Of a DNA stretch of 64,000 bases, positions 46,167 through 54,509 are shown one piece after another. The notes below the pieces were generated by a model that was given only the letters and a program-made list of their open reading frames with translations, had not been told where the DNA came from and did not search any database. The position numbers and the translations under genes are program-made. The stretch is from Thermoplasmatota archaeon (GTDB lineage: Archaea > Thermoplasmatota > Thermoplasmata > UBA10834). Numbering within the stretch: position 1 is the stretch's first letter; every line of letters starts with the position of its first letter. The stretch covers positions 128,001 through 192,000 of the forward strand of contig JBFMHR010000001.1 of assembly GCA_040751795.1 (NCBI GenBank), read 5' to 3'.

Positions 46167-47798
46167 ATGGCCGGGATAGGCGTCCTCGCCCTGGGCGGTT
46201 CGGACACGATAGGAGGCAACAAGCTCGTCCTGAGGTTCGACGGCAGCCACGTCCTCCTCGACTTCGGTACCAACTTCAAGAAGTTCGGGACATACTACGA
46301 GGAGTACCTCAGGCCCAGGAGCGCAGGAGGGCTCCTGGACTATGTCGAGATGGGGGTCCTCCCGGACGCCAGGAACCTCTACCGGGACGACCTGATGCAC
46401 CCTGAGCTGGAGCTCAAGGGCCATGACCTGGGCGCGATCGACCTCATGCTGCTGTCCCACGCGCACGCGGACCACTTCGGGGACATGGGATTCCTCCGGA
46501 CGGACATCCCCGTCGCGACCAATGCCATATCCGCGGCCATCATCAAGGCGATGTCCGACAGCGGGAAGGCGGACATGGGCAAGGACTACGTCTGCCCGAG
46601 CCCGAGGTACAGGACCACCTTCAGGGGCACCCCCGTCGTGCAGACCTGCTCCGTGAAGGAGGCGAGGGAGCGAGGCATGTGCGGCCGGGACTTCGTGATG
46701 CTCGACGGACGCGTACCCAGGGACTTCGAGGAGTTCTGGGGGATGTCGCCTGCCATCGAGCTCGCCGACTCGCCGAACAAGTGCAGGCCGCATCTCCCGG
46801 GGAGGCTGCTCAAGGGCATCCAGTCCCCGAAGGTCACACCATACCCGGTCGACCACTCCGTGAAGGGCGCCACAGCGCACGTCATCCCGACGAGCGCGGG
46901 GAACGTGATATACACAGGGGACCTCAGGATGCACGGCATGAACAGGGCCGCGACAGCGGCGTTCCTGGGCGCGGCGCGGTCCCCCAGGCCGTACGCAATG
47001 ATCGTCGAGGGGACGCGGGTGGGCCGCTCCTCGGACGACGACCCCGGCAACAGGCCGCCGACCGAGGAGGACGTGCTCGAGAACGCCAGGCAGATGGTCT
47101 CGGGGATGGGCGGGGAGCTGGTCATCGCGGACTTCGGGCCAAGGAACATCGAGAGGCTCGAGACCTTCCTGGCGGTCGCCAGGGAGAACCACAGGAAGTT
47201 GGTGATCACCACCAAGGACGCCTACCTGCTCCACGCGATGCACTCGGCCGACCCCAAGGTGCCTATCCCCGGACCGGACATGCTCATCTACGACTCCCCG
47301 AAGGGCGGGGAGAGCAAGTTCGAGGAGTATGTCCTCGACAGGGCGTACCCGGGGGACGAGGTGAAGGGGAGGGACATCGGCAGGAGCCCGGGGGACTACC
47401 TCCTGTCCTTCAGCTTCTTCGACCTCAAGCACCTGGTCGACATCAAGCCGGCGAGAGGGCACTACCTGTACTCCTCCTGCGAGGCGTTCAGCGAGGAGCA
47501 GGAGATCGACTTCATCAGGATGGGGGCGTGGCTCGGCAAGTACCACCTCGACCCCAAGGGGCTCTCCTTCGGCAAGGACGAGAAGGGCAGGCCGAAGCCA
47601 GAGTTCCCCAGGGAGGGGTCGATACACGCGTCGGGGCACGCCTCGAAGGAGGACCTGGTCAGGATCGTAGAGACCATCGACCCCGAGGTGGTCATACCCG
47701 TGCACACGGAGGCCACCGGGCTGGAATGGTTCAAGGAGACTTTCGGCGGCCAGAGGCGCGTCGAGACGCTCCAGGAAGGCGAGTGGAAGGACATCTGA
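46167..47798 (+). CDS. RNase J-like metallo-beta-lactamase/beta-CASP hydrolase
   Basis: GGSDTIGGN, LDFG, SHAHADH, VDHS, YTGDLR, EGT, HASGHA, PVHT. Confidence 0.88.
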   Translation: MAGIGVLALGGSDTIGGNKLVLRFDGSHVLLDFGTNFKKFGTYYEEYLRPRSAGGLLDYVEMGVLPDARNLYRDDLMHPELELKGHDLGAIDLMLLSHAHADHFGDMGFLRTDIPVATNAISAAIIKAMSDSGKADMGKDYVCPSPRYRTTFRGTPVVQTCSVKEARERGMCGRDFVMLDGRVPRDFEEFWGMSPAIELADSPNKCRPHLPGRLLKGIQSPKVTPYPVDHSVKGATAHVIPTSAGNVIYTGDLRMHGMNRAATAAFLGAARSPRPYAMIVEGTRVGRSSDDDPGNRPPTEEDVLENARQMVSGMGGELVIADFGPRNIERLETFLAVARENHRKLVITTKDAYLLHAMHSADPKVPIPGPDMLIYDSPKGGESKFEEYVLDRAYPGDEVKGRDIGRSPGDYLLSFSFFDLKHLVDIKPARGHYLYSSCEAFSEEQEIDFIRMGAWLGKYHLDPKGLSFGKDEKGRPKPEFPREGSIHASGHASKEDLVRIVETIDPEVVIPVHTEATGLEWFKETFGGQRRVETLQEGEWKDI

Positions 47799-47806
47799 TG
47801 GCCATG

Positions 47807-47830
47807 ACACGGGCCCGACGGGGCCCGTCG
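47807..47830. terminator. Hairpin between the convergent MBL and HAD genes
   Basis: acgggccc/gggcccgt stem. Confidence 0.4.
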
Positions 47831-47832
47831 GC

Positions 47833-48408
47833 CTATACGGCGGCGCCCGCGAGGAAATCGTCGAGGGTGGAGTTGCGCGGTACCGCGCTGGTCTCGGCGA
47901 TGTCGGCGATCCTGAGCCACGACGGGAGGTCCCGGACGCCATTGATCCGCTCCGCGTCCGCCTGCCTGTTGTAGGGCCTGTCGACGAGTATCGCCTCTAT
48001 CCCCGCCCTCTGCACGGGGTAGAGATCCAGGGTGGGGGTGTCGCCGACCATCACCGCCTCCCTCCTGTCGTACCCGCGCTTCGCCAGGTACTGCGATATC
48101 TGCTTGCCCTTGTTCCCGTTCAGGATCACATCGTCGAAGTAGTCCCGTATACCGAAGTCTTCCAGGAGGGCGTCGAGTATGGGCTTGGAGTTCCGCGAGA
48201 CTATGCACAGGCTGTCCACCCTGCTCCTCAGCGAGCGGAGGGCCTCCCCCACGCCCTCGTCGAGGACGAAGAAGTCCTTCGCGTGCTCGGGGGACGGGTC
48301 CGCCCAGAACTCCCATGTGCTCCTGCCCCTGTGGGGCACGTACAGCGTCCCTTCCGCGTCCAGGAAGACGTGCTTGAACCTCCGGCCGTCGCGTGCATCC
48401 ATGTTCAT
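47833..48408 (-). CDS. HAD-superfamily phosphatase (MDP-1-like, minimal cap)
   Basis: Motif I FLDAEGTLY, motif II SRN, Lys in GNKG, motif IV VGDTPTLD. Confidence 0.85.
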   Translation of the reverse strand: MNMDARDGRRFKHVFLDAEGTLYVPHRGRSTWEFWADPSPEHAKDFFVLDEGVGEALRSLRSRVDSLCIVSRNSKPILDALLEDFGIRDYFDDVILNGNKGKQISQYLAKRGYDRREAVMVGDTPTLDLYPVQRAGIEAILVDRPYNRQADAERINGVRDLPSWLRIADIAETSAVPRNSTLDDFLAGAAV

Positions 48409-48447
48409 CGGCCCGGGGACGTGGGGGTGCGTGCTTCTCGCTGAGCC

Positions 48448-48563
48448 GATACTGTATCACCCGCGATGATACGGTGCGTGAGGCGACGATGGATTTAATA
48501 ATCATATTACGATACATCTAATCGTATCATAGAAGTTAATAGGACGGGACATCATACGGTATC
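48448..48563. promoter_or_regulatory. Divergent promoter with repeated GATAC-N-GTATC palindromes
   Basis: GATACTGTATC 48448-48458, GATACGGTGCG 48468-48478, GATAC-N8-GTATC 48511-48528, CATACGGTATC 48553-48563; AT-rich TTTAATAA core. Confidence 0.65.
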
Positions 48564-48574
48564 CCGGGAAGAGC

Positions 48575-49243
48575 ATGGCAGTGGTGTTCGGGACTCTGGG
48601 ATACAGACCGAGGTCGCTCATACCGACCTTGAAGTCCACGCAGGACGTGGAGAAGCTGGTGTTCTACTTCGGGGCGGACAGCAAGGACCCTCAGGCCGGG
48701 GCGAAGGTCTCCGAGGCGAGGAAGGCGGTGGTCGACTACTGCTCCAAGATGGGGATAGCCGTGGACCCCGTGGAGCTGGACGACCCCTTCGACTTCAAGG
48801 GGATCGCCTCGCGGATCAGGAGGGACATCAGGAAGCACAAGAGGGAGGGCAGGGATATCGCGGTGTTCAACATCGCGGGGGGCACGAGGCCGACCTCGTC
48901 CGCCGCCCTCCTGGTCTGCATACTCGAGGGCGTGCCGACCGTGTACATACACGACGTCACGTACGAGGAGGTGCACCTCCCGCTCCTCAAGATGGAGTAC
49001 GACCAGGTCCTCTCCAAGGAGGAGAAGGAGGTCCTCAGGTTCCTCGCGGGGAGGAAGGGGGAGCCGGTGACGGAGGTGGAGCTCGCCAACAGCCTCGGAA
49101 AGCACAAGGCGACCATGAACCACCACGTGAAGAACCTGGTGAGGAAGGGCGCCGTCAGGCTCGAGAGGCACCCGAGCGACCAGAGGAAGAAGGTCGTGAG
49201 GGTCGAGGACTCGACCGAGCTCCTCCTGGGGGACGACCTTTGA
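48575..49243 (+). CDS. CARF (Csa3-like) + wHTH transcriptional regulator
   Basis: Rossmann start VVFGTLGY, DPFDF, FNIAGGTR, HLP; wHTH LSKEEKEVL..ELANSLGKHKATMNHHVKNLVRKG. Confidence 0.85.
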   Translation: MAVVFGTLGYRPRSLIPTLKSTQDVEKLVFYFGADSKDPQAGAKVSEARKAVVDYCSKMGIAVDPVELDDPFDFKGIASRIRRDIRKHKREGRDIAVFNIAGGTRPTSSAALLVCILEGVPTVYIHDVTYEEVHLPLLKMEYDQVLSKEEKEVLRFLAGRKGEPVTEVELANSLGKHKATMNHHVKNLVRKGAVRLERHPSDQRKKVVRVEDSTELLLGDDL

Positions 49244-49875
49244 GGACCCTGGTCGCCACCCTGGGGGAGGGGGACTCGGACAACGTCCTCATGGCGATGC
49301 GCCGCCTGCCGTACGACAGGCTCGTGCTCGTAGGGGAGAGGGGGGAGGAGCCCTCGGGGCTCGCGGACCTGAGGAGGATGGAGTCGATGACGGGCCACGA
49401 GGTGCGTTTCGTCCAGGTCGACACGCGCGACTTCATGGGCCTCGTCGACGAGGTGTGCGAGGCCGTGGCCGGCCTGCGCGACGGGCGGGGAGAGGTCGTC
49501 ATGAACATCAGCGGCGGGACGAAGCTGCTTGCGGACGCGGCCCTCTTCGCCGCGTTCAGGCTCGGGGTGCCCGCGTACCACGTCACGGACAGGGTCGTGC
49601 GCCTCCCGGTGATGAGGGGGGTCACGGCCAGGAACAGGTTCACGGCCCTGCAGTCGCAGCTCATCGCCCACCTGGCGGAGCCGGCGTCGATACCCGCTCT
49701 CGTCGGGGCGATGCCGCCGCACAACAAGCAGTCCGTCGAGAGGGTCATGAGGGAGCTGAGGCGCATGGGGCTCGTCTCGGCGAGGCTGGAGTCGGGGGCG
49801 GTCGTCGTGTCCCTCACGGACGAGGGGCACGAGATAAGGAGGGCGCTCTCCGCGTCAGAGGGCAGGAAGGCCTGA
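49240..49875 (+). CDS. Second CARF + wHTH protein
   Basis: TLVATLG, MNISGGTK, RLP; wHTH-like KQSVERVMRELRRMGLV..SLTDEG; TTG start overlaps the upstream TGA. Confidence 0.8.
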   Translation: MRTLVATLGEGDSDNVLMAMRRLPYDRLVLVGERGEEPSGLADLRRMESMTGHEVRFVQVDTRDFMGLVDEVCEAVAGLRDGRGEVVMNISGGTKLLADAALFAAFRLGVPAYHVTDRVVRLPVMRGVTARNRFTALQSQLIAHLAEPASIPALVGAMPPHNKQSVERVMRELRRMGLVSARLESGAVVVSLTDEGHEIRRALSASEGRKA

Positions 49876-49877
49876 CC

Positions 49878-50642
49878 TCACTCGAGGTCCTCTCCGCCCT
49901 CGAGCGACATCTGGACGGCGGAGTAGATGTCCTGCATCCCCTCGCCGGAGTCGGCGCTCACGGGCACGACGGCCCTGCCCGCGCCGACGCTCTCGAGCGC
50001 CTGGAGGAACTCCACGCTCACCGCCGTCTGGGCGTCCCTGGACTCGTCCATGAGCGAGGAGAAGAGGGAGTAGTGGTCCCTGCTCCACGAGTCGATCAGC
50101 TCCTTGTCGGAGTCCTTGAGCATGTCCGCCTTGGCCATCAGGAGGAGCATCGGGAGGGGGAGCCTGAAGTGGACCGTCGCAGCGAGCATCAGCGAGGAGA
50201 CGTAGCCGTTGGGCGTCCTCGCGACGGACGGGTCGAAGAGGAAGGCCAGGACGGAGTCCTCGATGCCCAGCTCCTCGACTATGACCCTGCTGCTCTGCCT
50301 GAAGGTGAAGAGCTCCAGCTGGCCGGGGGTGTCTATGAGGACGTAGTCCGTGTCGAAGCCCGCTATGACCTCGGAGATCTCCTTGATGTTCAGGGCTATC
50401 ATGTCGGCCGCGGCGACCTGTGCGCCGTTCGGGCCCAGGCCGTACTCCCTCATGATGTCCTCGATCTCCACCCAGTCGCGCACATCGACGTCAGGGTTGT
50501 ACATCAGCTTCTCCACACCCGGGTCCAGGTTCACCGTGATCGCGTCGAAGCCCTGCTCCTGCATCCAGAGCTGGAAGGCGTACGTGAGAGTGCTCTTACC
50601 GCAGCCCGCGGTGCCGACAAAATAGAGGTTCTTGGCCGCCAT
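49878..50642 (-). CDS. GPN-loop GTPase
   Basis: GTAGCGKST, NLDPG, GLGPNGA, DTPGQLE. Confidence 0.93.
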   Translation of the reverse strand: MAAKNLYFVGTAGCGKSTLTYAFQLWMQEQGFDAITVNLDPGVEKLMYNPDVDVRDWVEIEDIMREYGLGPNGAQVAAADMIALNIKEISEVIAGFDTDYVLIDTPGQLELFTFRQSSRVIVEELGIEDSVLAFLFDPSVARTPNGYVSSLMLAATVHFRLPLPMLLLMAKADMLKDSDKELIDSWSRDHYSLFSSLMDESRDAQTAVSVEFLQALESVGAGRAVVPVSADSGEGMQDIYSAVQMSLEGGEDLE

Positions 50643-50675
50643 CGGATGGCTCCTTGAGTTGAGGGTGGGTTCGAG

Positions 50676-50776
50676 CGGGCCTGAAGGGATTCGAACCCTT
50701 GGCCAATCGGTGTCTCCGTCGGCTCCGGGGAGCCGAAGTAAGAGCCGATTGCTCTACCTAGCTGAGCTACAGGCCC
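50676..50776 (-). tRNA. tRNA-Lys(CTT) with 27-nt intron at 37/38 (50712-50738)
   Basis: GGGCCTGTAGCTCAG start; anticodon stem ATCGG/CCGAT; BHB helix CTCT/GGAG; T arm AAGGGTTCGAATCCCTT; spliced length 74 nt. Confidence 0.93.
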
Positions 50777-50907
50777 ACGCAGGCGCAGTATAAGCTCGCT
50801 CTTTAAATAACTATCGAAGCACCACGGCGGACGCGGGACGACTGGCCATCGCGTCCGCGCGCGCCCGCCAACAGGTTTATCGGCGCAGTACGCGTTGGCC
50901 GCGCAGG

Positions 50908-51681
50908 ATGCACACAGCCTCGGTCACCGTGCTGAGCAGCGGGAGCTGCGGCAACTCCATCGTGTTCTCCAGCGACGGAGCCACGGTGATGATAGACGCG
51001 GGCCTGTCGTGCAAGGAGCTGGAGCGGAGGATGTCCCGGTTCGGGCTCGACCCCTCCGACGTGGACGCGCTCCTCCTCACCCACGAGCACACCGACCACA
51101 CGCGCGGGGCCAGGAGGTTCTGCACCGTGCACGGGGTGCCCGCCTACGGCACGGACGGCACCCTCTCGCTCACGCCCCTCGAAGGGGTCGAGGCGCACCC
51201 AATATCCCACAGGCACGAGTTCGGGGTCGGCCCCCTCAGGGTGGCCCCGTTCCAGGTCAAGCACCTCGCGGCCGAGCCGGTCGCCTACACCATCCACGAC
51301 GACGGCTGCAAGCTCTCCGTCGTCTCGGACCTCGGCTGCGTCACCCCGAAGGTGGTGGAGGCCCTCAGGTCCTCCACCGTCCTCATGGTGGAGGCCAACT
51401 ACGACGACGAGATGCTGGTGAACGGGACATACCCCGACTTCCTGAAGAGGACGATCAGGGGCGACCACGGGCATCTGTCCAACGACGACGCGGCGGCGCT
51501 GTGCGCGCAGGCCGTCTCCGATGAGACGAGGGCGGTCGTGCTCCTGCACCTCAGCAGGGAGAACAACACGCCCGAGAAGGCCAGGGAGGCCGTCGCGGAC
51601 GGGATCCACAGGGGCGGCAAGAGGGCGAGGCTCGACGTCACGGAGCACGGCGGCTCCAACGGGCCGGTCCGCCTACGGTGA
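50908..51681 (+). CDS. YycJ/WalJ-like MBL-fold hydrolase
   Basis: LSSGSCGN, IDAG, THEHTDH, SDLG, EANYD, GHLSN, LHLSRENN. Confidence 0.9.
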   Translation: MHTASVTVLSSGSCGNSIVFSSDGATVMIDAGLSCKELERRMSRFGLDPSDVDALLLTHEHTDHTRGARRFCTVHGVPAYGTDGTLSLTPLEGVEAHPISHRHEFGVGPLRVAPFQVKHLAAEPVAYTIHDDGCKLSVVSDLGCVTPKVVEALRSSTVLMVEANYDDEMLVNGTYPDFLKRTIRGDHGHLSNDDAAALCAQAVSDETRAVVLLHLSRENNTPEKAREAVADGIHRGGKRARLDVTEHGGSNGPVRLR

Positions 51682-52320
51682 CCCGATGATCTTGATCTTG
51701 CCGTGGGAGAGGAGGGTGTCGGCGACGCTCCTCGGTATGGAGACGACGTCCTCCTTCCTCAGCCTGTAGTCGCGGTCGACACCCGCGAACGTCGGCACGT
51801 CCTCGAGCACCCTGGCCATGACGAGCTCGTCCAAGGCCTTCTCCTCGGGCTCCCTGGCCTTCGGCTCCGGGCGCTTCATGCTGGGCACCTCGACGACCTC
51901 CTCCTGCCTGGCGGTCCTCGGCCCCAGGACCTCGAAGTCCGCGTTGGAGTCCTTGTGCGCCGCCAGGACCGACGTCAGGCTCGAGAAGAGGACCAGCTCG
52001 TCGGGCGTGAGGTTCGCGGTGTCGGGGTTGTCCCCGGAGACCTTCCTGAGGGCTATGAGGGCGATCTTCCTCGTCCTGAGCTCGTAGACCCTCTTCGCCT
52101 TGTCTATGGCCTTCTTCAGCTGGTCGTTGAGCATCATGCTCGCGTGCGACCCCGGGTTCATGGCGATCTCCCGCTCGCTCTCCTTCCTGACGCTCTTGAT
52201 GTACGCGGAGATGCGGTCGTAGAGGGCCGGGTCGACCTTGGTCAGCTGCGGGGAGCGGTTCTCCTGCCTGAAAAGGGTCATGATGTCCTCGTAGTTCATG
52301 TCCCCCCGCTGCTCGGCCAT
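51673..52320 (-). CDS. GINS complex subunit (Gins51/15-like)
   Basis: Helical A domain (ENRSPQLTKVD..YELRTRKI..NLTPDE) plus B domain RVLEDVPTFAGVD..LRKEDVVSIP. Confidence 0.85.
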   Translation of the reverse strand: MAEQRGDMNYEDIMTLFRQENRSPQLTKVDPALYDRISAYIKSVRKESEREIAMNPGSHASMMLNDQLKKAIDKAKRVYELRTRKIALIALRKVSGDNPDTANLTPDELVLFSSLTSVLAAHKDSNADFEVLGPRTARQEEVVEVPSMKRPEPKAREPEEKALDELVMARVLEDVPTFAGVDRDYRLRKEDVVSIPRSVADTLLSHGKIKIIGSP

Positions 52321-52417
52321 GCCCGAAGCATACGTGCGAGGCATATATCATGATATCGAGCCGCGTCAGCGGAGGGCAACTAGTTATACCGACCCGGGGA
52401 ATCTCGGCCGGAGAAGG

Positions 52418-52717
52418 ATGGAGAGGAGGGGCTTCGTCGAGCCGAGCGGGGACGGGTGCAGGATCTGGATAGACGCGTCGCCCGGCGCCCGCGAGACCGC
52501 CGTAGAGGGGGTCAACCAGTGGCGGAGGGCGCTGCAGGTCAGGGTTGGCGCGCCCGCCCAGGAGGGCGAGGCCAACGAGGAGTTGGTGAGGTTCCTGTCC
52601 GAGAGGCTCGGCGTCCCAAGGAGGGACGTGGTCATAGTCAGGGGAGGGCGCTCGACGACCAAGCTCGTGGAGGTGCCCCTCCCGCCGGACGAGGCGAGGA
52701 GGAGGCTGGGGGTCTGA
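52418..52717 (+). CDS. DUF167/YggU family protein
   Basis: PGARET, APAQEGEANEEL, IVRGGRSTTK. Confidence 0.88.
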   Translation: MERRGFVEPSGDGCRIWIDASPGARETAVEGVNQWRRALQVRVGAPAQEGEANEELVRFLSERLGVPRRDVVIVRGGRSTTKLVEVPLPPDEARRRLGV

Positions 52718-52721
52718 CCGC

Positions 52722-53126
52722 TTGCTGACCCCCGAGGAGCGGCTCGGGGAGATACTCGAGGTCCTGGACGACCTCGAGGACCTGAGCGCCGACACCCCGA
52801 TCATAGTCGAGGGACTGAAGGACGCCTCCGCCCTGCGGAGGCTCGGGGTCAGGAGGAACGTCGTCACCCTCGGCAAGGGCCTCACCGTCTTCGCCTTCTG
52901 CGAGAGGCTGTCGGAGAGGCACGGGAGGGCCGTCGTGATGACCGACTGGGACAGGAAGGGGGGGAAGCTCGCGAGGATGCTCAAGGAGGGGCTGGAGGCG
53001 AACGGGGCCAGGGCGGACACCGACCTCAGGGCCAGGCTCGTCCTCCTCGTCAAGAAGGACATCAAGGACATAGAGGGCCTCCCCGCCTACGTGGAGAGGC
53101 TGAGGGCCATGGCCGGCCGGACCTGA
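52722..53126 (+). CDS. Small TOPRIM-domain protein
   Basis: IIVEGLKDASAL, MTDWDRKG, KDIEGL. Confidence 0.88.
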   Translation: MLTPEERLGEILEVLDDLEDLSADTPIIVEGLKDASALRRLGVRRNVVTLGKGLTVFAFCERLSERHGRAVVMTDWDRKGGKLARMLKEGLEANGARADTDLRARLVLLVKKDIKDIEGLPAYVERLRAMAGRT

Positions 53127-53177
53127 GGCGGGCGTTGGGGGAAAAAACATTTACGATAGCACCCCGATGAAAAGCGC

Positions 53178-54509
53178 ATGGGGCTGTCAAAGTGCTCCCT
53201 TGAGATGCTTCAGGAGATGGGCCTGAGGTCGGTCGAGGACCTCTTCGTCGACATACCGAAGGAGGTCAGGACCGGCGGCCTCCGGCTGCCCAAGGGCATG
53301 TCCGAGCTCGAGCTGAGGCGCGAGCTCGAGGCGGTGCTCTCGGCCAACAGGACCGCCGACTCGCACCCGTGCTTCCTCGGGGCCGGCATATACGACCACT
53401 TCATACCCGCCGCGGCCAGGGCCATCGCCGGCCGCTCCGAGTTCGTCACCTCGTACACGCCCTACCAGCCCGAGATCAGCCAGGGGATGCTGCAGGGCCT
53501 CTTCGAGTACCAGTCGTACATGGCGGAGCTCACCGCCATGGACGTCGTCAACTCCAGCATGTACGACGCCTCGACCGCGCTGGGCGAGGCGGTGCTGATG
53601 GCCGGCCGCATCAACGGGGGCAAGAGGTTCCTGGTCAGCAGGGCAGTCAGCCCCGAGAAGGTCCAGGTCGCGAGACTGTACGCGACGGGCGCGGGCATCG
53701 AGCTGGTGGAGGTCGGGTACGACAGGGCGACCGGCGGGGTGGACCTGGCCGACCTGGCCTCGAAGCTCGGGCCCGACGTGTCCGGCTTCTACTTCGAGAC
53801 CCCGAACTTCTTCGGAGCCCTCGAGGGGCGGTGGAAGGAGGTGAGGGAGGCGCTGGGCCAGAAGGTCATGGTCGTCGGCGTCAACCCCATGGCCCTCGCC
53901 CTGCTGAAGCCCCCGGGCGAGATGGGCGCGGACATCGTCATCGGGGAGGCGCAGGTATTCGGCGCCCCGATGAGCCTCGGCGGGCCGACCGTGGGCGTCT
54001 TCGCCTGCAGGTCCGAGCACGTCAGGAAGATGCCCGGAAGGATCATCGGCATGACCGCGGACCTCGACGGGAGGACCGCTTTCTGCATGACGCTCCAGAC
54101 CAGGGAGCAGCACATACGTAGGAGCAAGGCGACCTCCAACATCTGCTCCAACGAGGCGCTCCTGGCCCTCGGGGCGGCCGCCTACCTCGCCGTCGTGGGG
54201 AGGTCCGGCCTGAGGGAGGTCGCGTCGCAGAACGTCAGGAACATGAGGGAGCTCTCCTCGAGGATAGCGAAGATACCAGGGTTCAGGGCCCCGCACTTCG
54301 CGTCGCCCCACTTCAACGAGTTCGTCGTCACCTCGGACATGAGCGCTGAGAAGGTCGACGCCGCGCTGCTCTCCAAGGGTGTCCAGGGCGGGCTCGTGCT
54401 CACCAAGCATTTCCCGGAGCTCGGGAACGCCTCCCTCTGCGCGACCACCGAGATGCACACGAGGCGTCACCACGACATGCTCGTCGAGGCGCTGGAGGGG
54501 ATCAGGTGA
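53178..54509 (+). CDS. gcvPA: Glycine dehydrogenase subunit 1
   Basis: FLGAGIYDH, YTPYQPEISQG, NSSMYD, TREQHIRRSKATSNICSN. Confidence 0.94.
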   Translation: MGLSKCSLEMLQEMGLRSVEDLFVDIPKEVRTGGLRLPKGMSELELRRELEAVLSANRTADSHPCFLGAGIYDHFIPAAARAIAGRSEFVTSYTPYQPEISQGMLQGLFEYQSYMAELTAMDVVNSSMYDASTALGEAVLMAGRINGGKRFLVSRAVSPEKVQVARLYATGAGIELVEVGYDRATGGVDLADLASKLGPDVSGFYFETPNFFGALEGRWKEVREALGQKVMVVGVNPMALALLKPPGEMGADIVIGEAQVFGAPMSLGGPTVGVFACRSEHVRKMPGRIIGMTADLDGRTAFCMTLQTREQHIRRSKATSNICSNEALLALGAAAYLAVVGRSGLREVASQNVRNMRELSSRIAKIPGFRAPHFASPHFNEFVVTSDMSAEKVDAALLSKGVQGGLVLTKHFPELGNASLCATTEMHTRRHHDMLVEALEGIR

